Source of the DNA: Eledone cirrhosa
Lineage: Eukaryota
Direction of reading: 5' to 3'
Assembly: GCA_964016885.1 (NCBI GenBank)
Contig: CAXHJY010000600.1
Coordinates: 1-64,000 of the forward strand
Length of the DNA: 64,000 bases
This document shows positions 15,655 to 29,378 of the stretch, piece by piece; position 1 is the first letter of the stretch; the number at the start of each line of letters is the position of its first letter. The notes under the pieces are model-generated. The model saw only the letters and a program-made list of their open reading frames with translations, was not told the DNA's origin and ran no database searches. The position numbers were made by a program, and so were the translations under genes.

Positions 15655-15916
15655 GTTGTTTTTTTTTTGTTTAAAATAAATATTGGGCACAAAACCCCAA
15701 TAAGCAGTTATTTAACCCCTAAGGGCCAAATAACGGGCAAAAAGACCCCTCTCACGAGGAGGAAGGTGTTTTTGTCTACAAGTTGGTTAAAGTTTTAAAC
15801 AATTTACAATTGTTATAGCGTTCAAAATTTACAATACCTTACAGAGCCGAGCCACCGTCAACCATAGCATTCAATAATAATAATAATAATAATAATGATA
15901 TCATTTATTAGCCACC

Positions 15917-16353
15917 AGGACAATGAACACAATAGACCTGACCTGGTGGTTTTGGACAAGGAAAAAAGATCGTGCCTGATTGTGGATGTGGCCTGCCCAT
16001 TCGACACGAGAGTGCAAGAGAAGGAGAGGGAGAAAATTAACCGATACCAGGACTTAAAGTGGGAGATAAAAAGGATTTGGAACTGCCATGAAGTCAAAGT
16101 GGTCCCGATTGTCATAGGCGCACTGGGGACTATCTCAAAAAGTTTCCAGGGATGGTTAAAGAAGATTGGCCCCACCACGCTTTTTGGAACGCTTCAAAAG
16201 GCATGCTTGCTGGGAACAGCAAGAACCCTCCGATACGTCCTGAATATCTGAGGCTGCAGGTAGTGGCTTGATATTCATTTCAACAAACTTTCCAGTTAAC
16301 TAACATCAATGACTAAGACTCAAAGAACAATAATAGCAATAATAATAATAATA
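15917..16353 (+). mobile_element. 5'-truncated R4/Dong-like LINE (restriction-like endonuclease end)
   Basis: HNRPDLVVLDK..IVDVACP...EK..RYQDL...VVPIVIGALG...LQKACLLGTA ending 16251; (AAT)n tail. Confidence 0.9.
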
Positions 16354-16356
16354 ATT

Positions 16357-16538
16357 GTTTCTACTTTAGGCACAAGGCCGGCAATTATCCAGTGCATTAC
16401 TGGTACTTTATTTTATCGACCCAGTAAGGATGAAAGGCAAAGTTAACCTCGGCGGGATTTGAACTCAGACCAAAAATGGCCGTAACTCTATGCGTCAAAG
16501 CATGGCGTCCGACCCTCCACCGATACTGCCAATCCACC
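16357..16538 (-). mobile_element. tRNA-derived SINE (octopus OK-like family)
   Basis: Minus strand A box TGGCAGTATCGG and B box GTTCAAATCC; shared body CTTTGCCTTTCATCC...GGGTCGATAAAATAAAGTACC; about 15 copies or fragments in window. Confidence 0.85.
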
Positions 16539-16651
16539 AAGAAGAAGAAGAAGAAGAAGAAGAAGTTGACGGACCCAGCATATTTAACAATGCCAGGACC
16601 GGTTGTATTTCAGCATACATATCATAATCTATAATATATATATATATGTAT

Positions 16652-16733
<82 letters not shown>

Positions 16734-17026
16734 CCGCATGTATCTGTGTGTTTCTAAATGTATTAATAACTCCCTCTGGTCGAGCAATCTTTGAAGTGTG
16801 GGGACAACTGGAAAGCTTCCATTACTCATACTTCTCGCCTTCTTCACTACCTCTTCTGCGGCCTCGATATGAATACCCCCTCCGCCTCCGTGGTATTTTT
16901 TTCGTGGTTATAAGAGGCTTAGCTCTGTTTCTCGACCGTTATATCGCGTGACTATCTCCCCCTCCGCCTTTTGGGATTCTTTCTCACGTCGTGTAGACGC
17001 GTTCGTGAGACTAGTAAAATGAGGTA

Positions 17027-17114
17027 TCCTCTTGATAAGTCGGCAGACCTCGCAAGGACTCTATATCTTTGATATATTGTTTTTGTTTATGCCACGAAAC
17101 TACGTAGTCGAGGA
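17027..17114 (+). ncRNA. Type I hammerhead ribozyme, U3-A8 core variant, long stem II
   Basis: UCCUC-UUGAUAA-GU(C)GGCA...UGCCAC-GAAA-CUACGUAG-UC^-GAGGA: stem I UCCUC/GAGGA, palindromic stem III ACUACGUAGU. Confidence 0.7.
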
Positions 17115-17351
17115 ATTTAGGAACAGTTTAGGTATGATACATTTTATTACTAATTATATCTAAATGTTTCTTCTCTCTTCATAATGTATTTTTAACTCTG
17201 ATACTGGTTCAGTCTGGTTCAAACTGAATTGGTCTGTCCCAGTCATTCATTGAGCAACATCGGTGAAGTTGGCACCCTTAACTCACAGTTGGGTGCGGAT
17301 GCATTCATGTATATATGTGTGTGTCCGCATGTATCTGTGTGTTTCTAAATG

Positions 17352-17393
<42 letters not shown>

Positions 17394-17396
<3 letters not shown>

Positions 17397-17802
17397 GGAG
17401 AGATGACCCCTTAGCCTTTGTCAAGGCAGAATTCTAGGAGAAGGAAAACTCTGATATAACACCTGCAACCCTGATGGTGTCCAATGATGTTGACTTGTTC
17501 TTATTTTTGGTAAATATCATCTTCGTTAAGAGAGTGGGACTGGCTTTGTGCAGTGCCTTTGCTCACTATAAAAGCTTCACGGCACAGGCATTGCTTTATA
17601 TCTGGAGATCTCTCTGCCCTTGTCATCACATGGTACCATGGGCCCAGCACTATGTGTCAATAATTGTCACAAGTGTAGTGTTTGTACCAGAGTTTTCAAG
17701 TCGCTGGCTGGACTAAAAAGTCACACTCGTTCAGCCCATTGGTAGGGGTTCTCCTACATGGATATAAAGTAGTGGCCGTACTCGAAAACGAGTTGGCAGC
17801 CA

Positions 17803-17805
<3 letters not shown>
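17394..17805 (+). mobile_element. Non-autonomous RTE-derived retroelement
   Basis: 5' CTAGGAGAAGGAAAACTCTGAT resembling RTE 5' UTRs; 3' encodes HKCSVCTRVFKSLAGLKSHTRSAH C2H2 finger; second copy at 62877-63207. Confidence 0.7.
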
Positions 17806-17851
<46 letters not shown>

Positions 17852-17999
17852 CATATATATATTTTGTATATATAGTTGTAGTTCCTGTCTGTTTCTTTAT
17901 TTAGTTGTTTGTTTGTTCACGAACTCCTCCTATATATTCTGAAGATAGACCTCCATAACCATGTATATTCTGAAGCTATATTGCCCAGGGTACTTGGAT

Positions 18000-18469
18000 A
18001 AGTATATTTCATTTTAATAAAAGGGTTCCCCGGGAGCACAAACCCCCGCTGAAATTTGTTTCCCTTCGATTTATATGAAATTTAAACCATGGGTAAATGA
18101 CAAGATATGATGCCTATTCACAAAATTCCACAAAATTTCAATATATTAAGACACCCTAATGGGAAGCCCATAACTTGAGTATTGGAACTTTGAATTTCTA
18201 ATTTGAAAATAGTGATTTACACGAAAATAAAATTTGAAAACAATTATTTACAAGAAACAAAATAAGAATAAGATTTAATAATGTAATTTTGATTTGATAT
18301 ATTACAAAAAAATTATGTTTTCCAATTTTTCATGCATTACATTTTACATTGAGTAATATTGAAATGCAGAGCTTTTCTCCATAAATTATATCACTGATTT
18401 AAAATCAATCACCATTTTCTTACAAAAAAAAATATGTGAAACACAGCAAGGCACGGGTAATTCGGCTAG
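18000..18469 (+). mobile_element. Helitron-like non-autonomous element (3' end only clear)
   Basis: Ends GCAAGGCACGGGTAATTCGGCTAG|T; 5' boundary approximate. Confidence 0.45.
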
Positions 18470-18499
<30 letters not shown>

Positions 18500-18500
<1 letters not shown>

Positions 18501-18608
18501 CTCACAAAGAAAATGTGGTAAGAAACCAGGTGGACCATAACGCGCCAGAGTACTCAATTCAGATCTAGCTGTCGAAACGGCCGGAGCTCAGCCGTCGGGG
18601 TTCTGACT

Positions 18609-18610
<2 letters not shown>
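18500..18610. mobile_element. Family-B PLE-type insert (inverted tail plus HHR 3' half)
   Basis: Reverse-complement tail then GTCGAAACGGCCGGAGCTCAGCCGTCGGGG; TA flanks. Confidence 0.7.
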
Positions 18611-18665
<55 letters not shown>

Positions 18666-18721
18666 TACCAAAATTAGATTAAAGATACCATGTCAGAGAA
18701 TATCAGAAGCATGCGCTATAT

Positions 18722-18819
<98 letters not shown>

Positions 18820-19125
18820 ATGTGTGTGTGTGTGTGTATTTATATATGCGTGTATAACATGATGTTTTAGTTTCCTTCCTTTTCTTCTTTTTTCTTCCTT
18901 TTTCTCGTTTGCTTCATGAGAATTTCGTGCTATAATTGTACAACACTTCCTTTTACTTCCTTCTTTCCTTTACTTTTTTGTTTCATGAGACTCTCGTGCT
19001 AAATAAAGTACAATGCATTTTCCTTGACGTCACATAAATTCTATGTGTACATGTTATGATTTAGTTTCCATGAATTATTGTTTTGTCTTGTCTCTTACTC
19101 CATGGACAGCGTTTTGTCTTATGTC

Positions 19126-19191
19126 AGACGCTATGACCCCAGTTGGACCAGCAGTACCGGTGGTAGGGGTTGAAAATGCCAAAGTCCATCT
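19126..19191 (+). ncRNA. Degenerate hammerhead-like motif
   Basis: AGACG-CU(-)AUGA-CCCC...GGGG-UU-GAAA...GUC-CAUCU; core lacks G5. Confidence 0.35.
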
Positions 19192-19409
19192 CAACTGCTG
19201 ATAACCTAGAGTTCTGAGTCTTTCGTTTTTATTTTTATTTTCTGAAAATAATTGTTCAAGGTTTCCTCTTAAAAAAATTGGTTTTCGTTTTGCCTTGTTT
19301 TCGTTCGTTGTCTTGTCCTCTCTTTGTTGATGTCCCTACGTTTATCATATCTAGAAGAAGGACTTGATACTACATTAGCTTTCGGTTCAAAGCCCCCCCC
19401 CCCTCCCCG

Positions 19410-19795
<386 letters not shown>

Positions 19796-19926
19796 CAAGC
19801 GTATCTGTATACACATAAATAAATAAAGATATATGCATGAATATATCCATCTATATATATGATATATATATATGTACACAAACATATATATATATATATA
19901 TATGTTTGTGCATATACATATATATA

Positions 19927-19957
<31 letters not shown>

Positions 19958-20026
19958 GTGCACGTGTGTATTTATATTTGTGTATATATATACATATATA
20001 TGTGTGCATATATATATATATGTATG

Positions 20027-20077
<51 letters not shown>

Positions 20078-20321
20078 TCTTTATTCTCATAACTATCTCA
20101 TCATCATCATCATCATTAACTTCATCATAAACATTAATCATCATGAACATCATGATCAGTATCATTACCATTATCAATCAACACCATCTTTCTAGCCAAC
20201 AGACAAGAAATTATCAATGTGGTCTCTGGACATGTTAGAAATCACAGTCAAATCTTCTTTATATCACACTTAATAAACAACACATTATTGTATAATATGA
20301 TCCAGAGGCTTTCTCCTGCAC

Positions 20322-20903
20322 CAGAGCTGGACTTACCTATAAGCTAAATAAGCTATAGCTTAGGATCACACACTGTCGTGGGCCTGGTTTTTTTTTAATA
20401 TAATTTTATTTTTCTATGTGGCAAATGGAATATATAAATTAATTAGTTAAAAGGAATATTTTGTAACTAATTTAATTTTGTAATCATTAATAAATATTTG
20501 TTTTTATTTGGGGCACAAGGCCTGAAATTACCCCAGTGCATTACAGGTACTTTATTCGTCAGGATGAAAGGCAAACTTAACTTCGGCGGGATTTGAACTC
20601 AGAACTTTGAACCCATAACTCTATGCAGTAATTCATGGTGTCTGACGCTCTACCGATACTGCCAATCCACCGCCCTTGATACTAATAATCACGTACAGTG
20701 CCGGATTTAGGACAAATGATGCCCCTTACTTGGGCCCTGAAGGGGATAAAAAAATTGGCGGCAATGGGGCCTTGTGCTTAAGCACACCTAAGCACAACGG
20801 TAAATCCGGCACTGAACATGTATAATTATTTAAAATCTGTTAACCTGAATCTTTTTAGAGTAGGGTATAGCCTAGGACCTCATCCAGTGAAAGTTTCGCT
20901 CTG
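20322..20903. mobile_element. hAT-like MITE carrying a nested SINE and a second MITE
   Basis: TIRs CAGAGCTGGACTT / AAGTTTCGCTCTG; 8-bp flanks TCCTGCAC / TTCTGTAC (6/8 match). Confidence 0.55.
20696..20814. mobile_element. hAT-like MITE
   Basis: Perfect TIRs CAGTGCCGGATTTA / TAAATCCGGCACTG; 8-bp flanks ATCACGTA / AACATGTA. Confidence 0.8.
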
Positions 20904-21595
20904 TTCTGTACATAGGAAAATAATGGAATTTGCTAAAGCTCTATGTTTTTTTAGTTAGAGGTCTGCTTGGTTAGGGTTAAATAACAACAGTAACAACAAT
21001 AATAAAGGTTTCTAATTTAAGTACAAGGCCAGTAATTTTGAAGGAGGGAAAATCGGTGGGAATTCGATGGAAAATCGATTAATTCGACCCTAGTACATGT
21101 ATGTTGTTTTATTAATCCCCACCCAGAACAATGATAGACAAAGTTGACCCTGATGGGATTTGAAGAAAAACGATAATAACAAGATACATAACACACACAC
21201 CTGAAATGGAGCCATTATGCTCAACTTCCTAGAAATAGCAGCTCTTAAAATCACTGTCTGTAAAAAGCAAAATGCTGTGATTGGCATGGCTAGCTGGCTG
21301 GTTGGCTAACTGTCTGGCTGGTCTTTAATTATAGGTCAGTTCTATTGGGGACTATTTCTGGTTAAATAACAGCAACTCACAACAACAACAACAATAAAAC
21401 ATAAAAGAAAGACTACACCATGACCATCAACACAACAGTGTAAACAAATAAAATGAATGAAGAAACAAGAAGAAAAAATTATTGATTTATAAATATTGGC
21501 ACAAGGCCATAGATTTTGTGTTGGTGGGGTAGGGTACAGCATGTATATAATGGTGACAAGGGGGAGAGGGGGGATAAGGGGGGGCGGGGCATAAC

Positions 21596-21630
<35 letters not shown>

Positions 21631-21632
<2 letters not shown>

Positions 21633-21711
21633 TTTCATTTATTAGCCACAAGGGCCGACAATACAAAGACAGGGACAGTGGGGGTTTACAATAAGGTCGA
21701 GTAAAAGTGCA
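21631..21711 (-). mobile_element. Short 3' fragment of Tx1-like LINE in (AAT)n
   Basis: GATTTCATTTATTAGCCACAAGGG matches the 3' end at 10190; AAT repeats on both sides. Confidence 0.75.
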
Positions 21712-22277
21712 CAATAATAATAATAAGAAGAAGAAGAAGAGGAGGAAGAAAGAAAGAAAGAAAAAAGAAAAATAGAATGAAACAAACAAACAAAAACAAA
21801 GGAAGGAAGGAATAAAGGAAAGAAGCCAGCAATAGAGGAAGAAAGAAAGAGAAAAAGAAAGGGAGAAAGAAAGAAAGAAAGAGAGAAAGAAAGAAAGGAA
21901 GGAAGGCAAGAATAGAATGAAATGAAAATTGTAGGTAGGAATGAAAGAATGAAAGCAGAAGGACATTAAATAGATGAATAAACAACCAACGGAAGAAATA
22001 AAGAAAGAAAGAGAGTAAGAAAGAATAAAAAAACAGTAAATTAAAATGATGTAAGCAAATAATAAATAATAAAGTAAATATATAATTGTGTTCTACTTTA
22101 GGCACAAGGCCAGCAATTAACCAGTGCATTACTGGTACTTTATTTTATCGACCCCGTAAGGATGAAAGGCAAAGTCAACCTCGGCGGGATATAATGTTGT
22201 TATTTTAGGAGTGAAGTATAGCTGGTGGTGTATGTGGAGGGGAGGAGACATAGAGGATCTACCTATTTAAATGCAAC

Positions 22278-22348
<71 letters not shown>

Positions 22349-22388
22349 TATGTGTGTATATATATATATATGTGTGTATATATATATA

Positions 22389-22461
<73 letters not shown>

Positions 22462-22564
22462 CATATATATATATACACACACTCAAGTTCATACAAACAA
22501 TCATGTTCATAAATATATGTGTGTGTGTATAAACCTCTCACTCCCGCCCTCTCCTCTCTCTCTT

Positions 22565-22609
<45 letters not shown>

Positions 22610-22700
22610 CTCTCTCTCTTTCTGTACCCCACTCTCAAGAGCGTGAAACTAATAAACCTTTGTTCGTACTGCCTCTCTGTTTTGTTCCCGTTCAATTTTT

Positions 22701-22741
<41 letters not shown>

Positions 22742-22791
22742 TACACACACATATATATATATATATGTATATGCGTGTCTGTCTGTCTGTA

Positions 22792-22830
<39 letters not shown>

Positions 22831-23795
22831 ATGTCTGTATGTATGTATGTATGTATGTATGTATGTATGTATGTTGATCTTTTCTTCTTTTCGGGTTATA
22901 GCTACTGTCGCTCAGAGAGTGGGATTGGCTCAGTGCACAGTCTTTCCTCACTTTAAAAAAATATCTTCACGTACAGGCATTGCACTATAGAATTAATTAA
23001 TAATTATTAATAATGGTATATCGTGCAATGGCCATACTCGATAATGAGGGGGGCGGTCATCATCATGTATGCATGCATGTATGTATGTAAATATATAGCT
23101 TCATCTCACCTCAACACGAACTCGAAACGGTCAACATTACTTTGGTTTCACTTCGCAGACGTATCTCCGGCTTCACTTTCACCAATGCTTCTGATGTTGC
23201 TGCCTTTCCTGTTTCTGCTGCTGTTGCCGCTGCTGTTATTGTTGCTGCTGCTTCTAAGTGGCCTTGAGGATACCATGGGTGTCACACAGTACCTTTAATT
23301 TTTTTTTTTTACCCCATCATCCATCCACAAATATCTTCATGTCGTGACAACAACAGAGCTTCTACGTAGTCTTTCGACATGCTAGAAATAGATGCCAAAT
23401 CACTCTCAAATCACACTATCTCTATCATCTTAGAAAAGGACAAATTGGATGATTTGGTACTGGGTTTTTTTTCCCTGTACATAGGAAATATACGGGATAG
23501 CCATAACTTTTATACCTGTCATTATAATTCTGCTCCATCATGGCTGACATAGGGTTAAACAACAACAGCAACAGCAACAGTCGCAACCATCATCATTTCA
23601 ATAATACTATCACCACCACCACGCCACCACTACTTCAACCATCCCAAACACCATTACTGAAATAAATAGAAATTCTAGAAGGTCGTTCACCCTGATAAAT
23701 AGTAACCACAACATACCACCACCACCTACACACAAATAGCCCCCTAATTTCTTAAAACTACAACAAAAACAAAAAATACATATTAGATAATATAG

Positions 23796-23853
<58 letters not shown>

Positions 23854-23896
23854 AGAGAGAGAGATGGATATATATATATATATATATACATATATA

Positions 23897-24084
<188 letters not shown>

Positions 24085-24162
24085 CGAGAGAGAGAGAGAT
24101 AAAATATATATGTATATATATAAATATATATGTATATCTATATATATATATATACATATATA

Positions 24163-24198
<36 letters not shown>

Positions 24199-24227
24199 CA
24201 TATATATATGTACATTTATACACACAC

Positions 24228-24293
<66 letters not shown>

Positions 24294-24681
24294 GCGCGCG
24301 CACACAAGCACACACATATATATATATTAGAATATTATATTAAACGAAATGGTCACAACAATACTAACAGCAACAAATAAAGCAACGAAAACCTAGTCAA
24401 ACAAAACACTAACACCGCCACTAGTACGACATCATCATCACTAGCAGACGACATTAAAATATGTAAACACAGACAAGTTGGTTATTTTGTTTCATCTATG
24501 ATATAGCCGATGGTGAATGTGGGATATAAGATTTTTTATTTTCATTTTTATTTCATTAATTTATTTCTATCTTTATCAAAATCAAAAAAAAAAAAAATTT
24601 GCAAATGTGTTTTGAGGGGGGAAAAAAAACCCCACACGCACATGCACACACACGCACGCACGCACATACACACACACACAC

Positions 24682-24723
<42 letters not shown>

Positions 24724-24981
24724 TATATAAATATATATATATATATATGCGTACATACATACGTTCATACATACAAATATATATATATACATACATACAT
24801 ATATATGTGTGTGTGTATATATATATATATATGTGTGTATATACATATATATATATATATATAGATAAATCTACTACTAAATCTTGCTAACACATATATA
24901 TCCTAGAAACGATCGTTAAATAATGAACTTTTTTTGTTTAATATAAGGAACTGCTTCATTGTTTTATTCATTATTTTTTTA

Positions 24982-25062
<81 letters not shown>

Positions 25063-25084
25063 TCGGGTGGGGTGAGGGTGGGGT

Positions 25085-25243
25085 GTAACCACAGTTAAAA
25101 AAGGTACTCAATACATAGCAGAGTATAAAAGTTTTAATATAGATGAGATTCTACAGGACTAGAACTGTTTCATTCTTTAGAAATCATCTGGAGATGATTT
25201 CTAAAGAATGAAACAGTTCTAGTCCTGTAGAATCTCATCTATA
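25085..25243 (-). mobile_element. Family-A PLE-type fold-back insert (truncated HHRs)
   Basis: Arms TGATTTCTAAAGAATGAAACAGTTCTAGTCCTGTAGAATCTC inverted around ~25190. Confidence 0.8.
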
Positions 25244-25261
25244 TATATATATATATATATA

Positions 25262-25369
25262 GGAACAAGTCGGGGTCCTACTTGTTCCTATTACCCACTC
25301 TACTACCCTAAGTATTGAGTACTTTGGTGCGTTATGGTCCATCTGGTTCCTTACCACATTTCCTTCGTT
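25262..25369 (+). mobile_element. Family-B PLE-type insert
   Basis: GTCGGGGTC...CCTATTACCCACTCTACTACCCTAAG tail; TA flanks. Confidence 0.75.
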
Positions 25370-27597
25370 ATATATATATATATATATATATGTATATACA
25401 AAACTTACATATATATATATATATATGTAGATAAATCTACCAAAAGTTTACGGTAGTGTCCAATCCGTATGAAGAACTCAATGTACATAGATCTTTTGAA
25501 TATGCATACCAATTCTAACACATATATGTCCTAGAAACGATCGTAAAATAATGAACTTTTTTTGTTTAATATAAGGAACTGTTTCTTTGTTTATTCATTA
25601 TTTTTTAAATATTTTATATATATATATATATATAGATGGAGATTTCTTCGAAGTTTGATAACTTCTGCAAGTTACAATACCTCGTTCAACCAAAATGTAA
25701 CCATATACATATGCACACATTGATTGATTATGATTCGGCTATCTTCTGAGTCCATAGTGACCATCACCTTGTTTTTTGCCGGTAAAGACAGGCAAGGCGG
25801 TTTTCTTTTCTCTCTAGTGGCTTTGGTGGAAGTGGTTGTGTAATTTGTTGGACATGACTGAAAGGATTAAAAGGAGACAGATTCTTTCTTTATCGGCCAA
25901 AACCTCATCGACATTTTCAAGTTTCACATGAACACGCAGGAGAGGGTAGAGAGGGTAGAACATGTTTGAGGGCTATTTTTTCAGCCGGTACATCTTTCTG
26001 GGACACAGAGAGTCAAACAGAAGACCGTGAATACCTAAGCCCTTTCTCCTTTTGCGGAATGGCGGAAAAGGATACGGGCGGTACATCTGCGTCCGTTGTA
26101 TATTTGTATATATTTTACGTGAAACCATGTTGTAACTGATGTTGTTTAAGAAGTTAGATAATGATAACGATGAGGATAACAACTTGTCCAGTACGTGTGT
26201 TTTTTATTGGAAAATGACCCTTCCAAAATACGACAAAGTCATTTGATTCATATAAGGTCAGACCTCATTAGTTTTATTTATCTATATATTTATTTATCTA
26301 TTTAGTTTCGGCTCTCTGTTCTTTGAGTTCAAATCCCACTGAAGTCATCTTTACCTTTCATCCATTCGAAGTCGATAAAAAAAAAGTACCGGTCAAGTAG
26401 TGCAGCCGATTCTTCCTCTCTCTCTCACACACACACACACAAGAAATGGGGTCTGCCAAGTTTAACAAAATGCCCCCAACAAACGCCGTAGCCGTATGTA
26501 AATGCGGTACCTGTACGACTCCCTAATAAGTTACAGTACCATACCATACTATACCGTACCATTAATTTAATTATTTCTTTAGTTAACACTCAAACATTTA
26601 ACAATAAACTACAGTTTTCCAGTTATATAATAACTCCATTGATGTGGAACCAACGAGTTGTTTGAACTCTGATGAGCCTGCTCGTGAAATTAACATGCTA
26701 GTGGCTGAGAACTCTACAGGGAGATACAGGGGGACTCTGACTGTGACAAGGCAGCCCCTTTGTAATACAGGTAATTTGTTCCAGCTAAGAGGACTGGCAC
26801 AACGTAAAATAAAGTGTCTTGCGCAAAGATTCCACGAACCGCAGTGAATTGACCTCACGACCTTACGATCGTGAGCTAAGCATACTAATCACTGAGCCAG
26901 ACGTCTGTGACTCAAATAATCCTGTTAACATAAACCAGTGTTGTATAACACCAGGTGATCTCTGACCAAGCAGATCTATCCTATGACGCCAATGGTATTC
27001 CAAATATGGCCATCCTGATTTTAGGAGTATCTAGAACTACAATATCTAATGTGTACACTTTTTTTTTTATACATTTGAGGGAGGAAGCGGGGCTATCATT
27101 TCCAGCAGTTCGAATGCGGAATGACTAGTAGGTGGTTGACTCGGCCAACAGGTAGAAAGATCCAGCACCTCCGACTAACATTTTACAATTCAAAACAAGA
27201 CTGCCTTTGGCTCCTGGTTGCGTGTGTGTGCTCTCAAAATTCAAAGAGCATGGAGGAAGCATTTTCCATTTTTGCTTTGGGGGTTGTCAGCAGGGCCTTC
27301 GAGAAAAATTTGGCAAAGCTGAAAAAGTCTACTTCGGGTCCGAAGGGGAGTAAGACTGCCCTGAGATTTCAAAGAAGCTGAGGGATTCTAATGTGTGTGT
27401 GTGTGGGGTGTGGGGTGTGTGTGTGTGTGTGTGGGGGGGGGGGGATAGGCATTAGATATACAAGAATACATCCTAGGCTCTCCAAACCCCAGACAGATAT
27501 AATAACTAAACCCACATACTTCTGTAGTCCCCTGTAAATCCAGTGTCATATAAGTTAGTGGGTGGCCCTTGTATACCATGAAGGGAACCTAAAACTA

Positions 27598-27795
27598 CGA
27601 TAGTCGGCTGAAAAGTTCATAGGCTGGCTATGAAACGATTGATGCTAGGGGTGTGAAATCTTACAGGCATTAATTTCAACTCTTCGTGTTAATAACTGCA
27701 TGCGTTTTTCCAAGGACTATATTAAAAAATAAACCTCATTTGGTCATTCCATGAGAGTATCTTGGTCAGCCTAGGAAAATTTCAGCCGACCCTCG
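27598..27795. mobile_element. Mariner-derived MITE
   Basis: TA|CGATAGTCGGCTGAAAAGTTC...TTTCAGCCGACCCTCG|TA; related copy in opposite orientation at 49436-49633. Confidence 0.8.
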
Positions 27796-28200
27796 TATAG
27801 TATGAGGTCCCTGAAAATGCTACTCTTGCTACCAAGTTAATCCTGTAAAACCCACTAGTAAGTAATATTACTAACATTTACCACATGGTAGCTCAACATG
27901 CTAGAAATAACAACCAAGTCTCCCTCAAATTATACTCTAGCATCATTGAAAAGGACACGTTGGATAATATGGTCCTGCATTCCCTGCATTTAGGCAAAAG
28001 ACAAGAAGGTTAGATCATACATGCAATACTTTTGTCCATAGATCTCTTTTGTCAAAGCTGGCGTCGGGTATCAAACACAACAAAAACAACATCATCACCA
28101 CCACCACCACCACCATCACCATCACTATTGAATAGTGTAGTGTAGGGCTGGTAGAGTTTGCCTTTTGATATTCTTCCTCTCTTTCGCTTGACTAATTTCT

Positions 28201-28287
<87 letters not shown>

Positions 28288-28354
28288 CTCTCTCTCTCTC
28301 CCTCTCTCTCATCTCTCTCATATATATGTATATACATACATATATTTAATATAT

Positions 28355-28567
28355 TTAATATGGCTTCCACAGGACTAGAACTGTTTCGTTCGAAGGAAAT
28401 CATTAGGAAAGCCTTCGAATGAAACAGTTCTAGTCCAGTAGTAACCATTTCTATATTAAATATTTATCATTCTGCTATGTGTTGAGTTCCTTACTTACTG
28501 TGATATTACCCGGGATACACACTGAGTTCCTTACTTACTGTGGTTACCCCGATTGAACCCGGGATAC
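28355..28567 (+). mobile_element. Family-A variant fold-back insert
   Basis: Inverted ACAGGACTAGAACTGTTTC arm plus GAAACAGTTCTAGTCC arm and tail GAGTTCCTTACTTACTGTGGTTACC (partly duplicated). Confidence 0.75.
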
Positions 28568-28576
28568 ACACACACA

Positions 28577-28648
<72 letters not shown>

Positions 28649-28896
28649 CCTCCATCATGGATCAACTAAGCATTCTTGCCATAATAACACATTTTGATCT
28701 GCTTATCTTCAAGAACTATGCCTGTAAATAATATTAAGTTTTCTTTCCCATTGACTTATTATGTCCCACATTACCCCCTTCTTTTTCTTATTTCTTTTCA
28801 CTTCAAAAACCTTGTTTGTAAATAACATTATTCTTTCTTCACCATTTCCTTAACATGTTCAACATCAACATTTTACACCAATACATATTCCTCCCT

Positions 28897-28926
28897 TTGA
28901 TAATGCATAAAATGCTGAAACCGGTA
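28897..28926 (+). ncRNA. Hammerhead core, U3-A8 variant, stem I decayed
   Basis: UUGAUAA-U-GCAU-AAA-AUGC-U-GAAA-CCGG-UA; palindromic stem III ACCGGU. Confidence 0.5.
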
Positions 28927-29123
28927 ATAGACAATTATTAAATATATAAATAAATAAATAAATAAATGCCATTATTAATTAATAAATAAATTAACTAATA
29001 TCTTAACACTTCACACAAAGTAAAATATTTTGTTTTAAACGTTTTCAAACCCAGAAAAAAAGAGAAAAAAATAAAAGGGAAAAAAAATATTTTTCTTCCT
29101 AATAATCGTCTTTTTCTCCCTAT

Positions 29124-29177
<54 letters not shown>

Positions 29178-29330
29178 AAAGAGAGAGGGGGGGAGACAGA
29201 GAGTCTGCGATGCTGAAACCGAAGAGTCCACAAATCATGGGTGTACTCAATACACGGGGAGATGCAAAGTGGGTTTAGAGATTATTATAATCCGAAACTA
29301 CTTGGCGTCGCAGTCGGCTTAGACGTCTAT

Positions 29331-29378
<48 letters not shown>

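Larger units (their letters stand above)
10190..15872 (-). mobile_element. Tx1/L1-clade non-LTR retrotransposon, near full length, inactivated
   Basis: ORF1 with zinc knuckle, ORF2 with APE remnant, RT and CCHC; 3' end TAATAAAGAAATC into (ATT)n; (AAT)n on both flanks. Confidence 0.93.

Noticed and set aside
25700-26200. Possible host coding exon (ORF 25973-26182)
   Set aside because: Short, no recognisable motif, no clear splice pair
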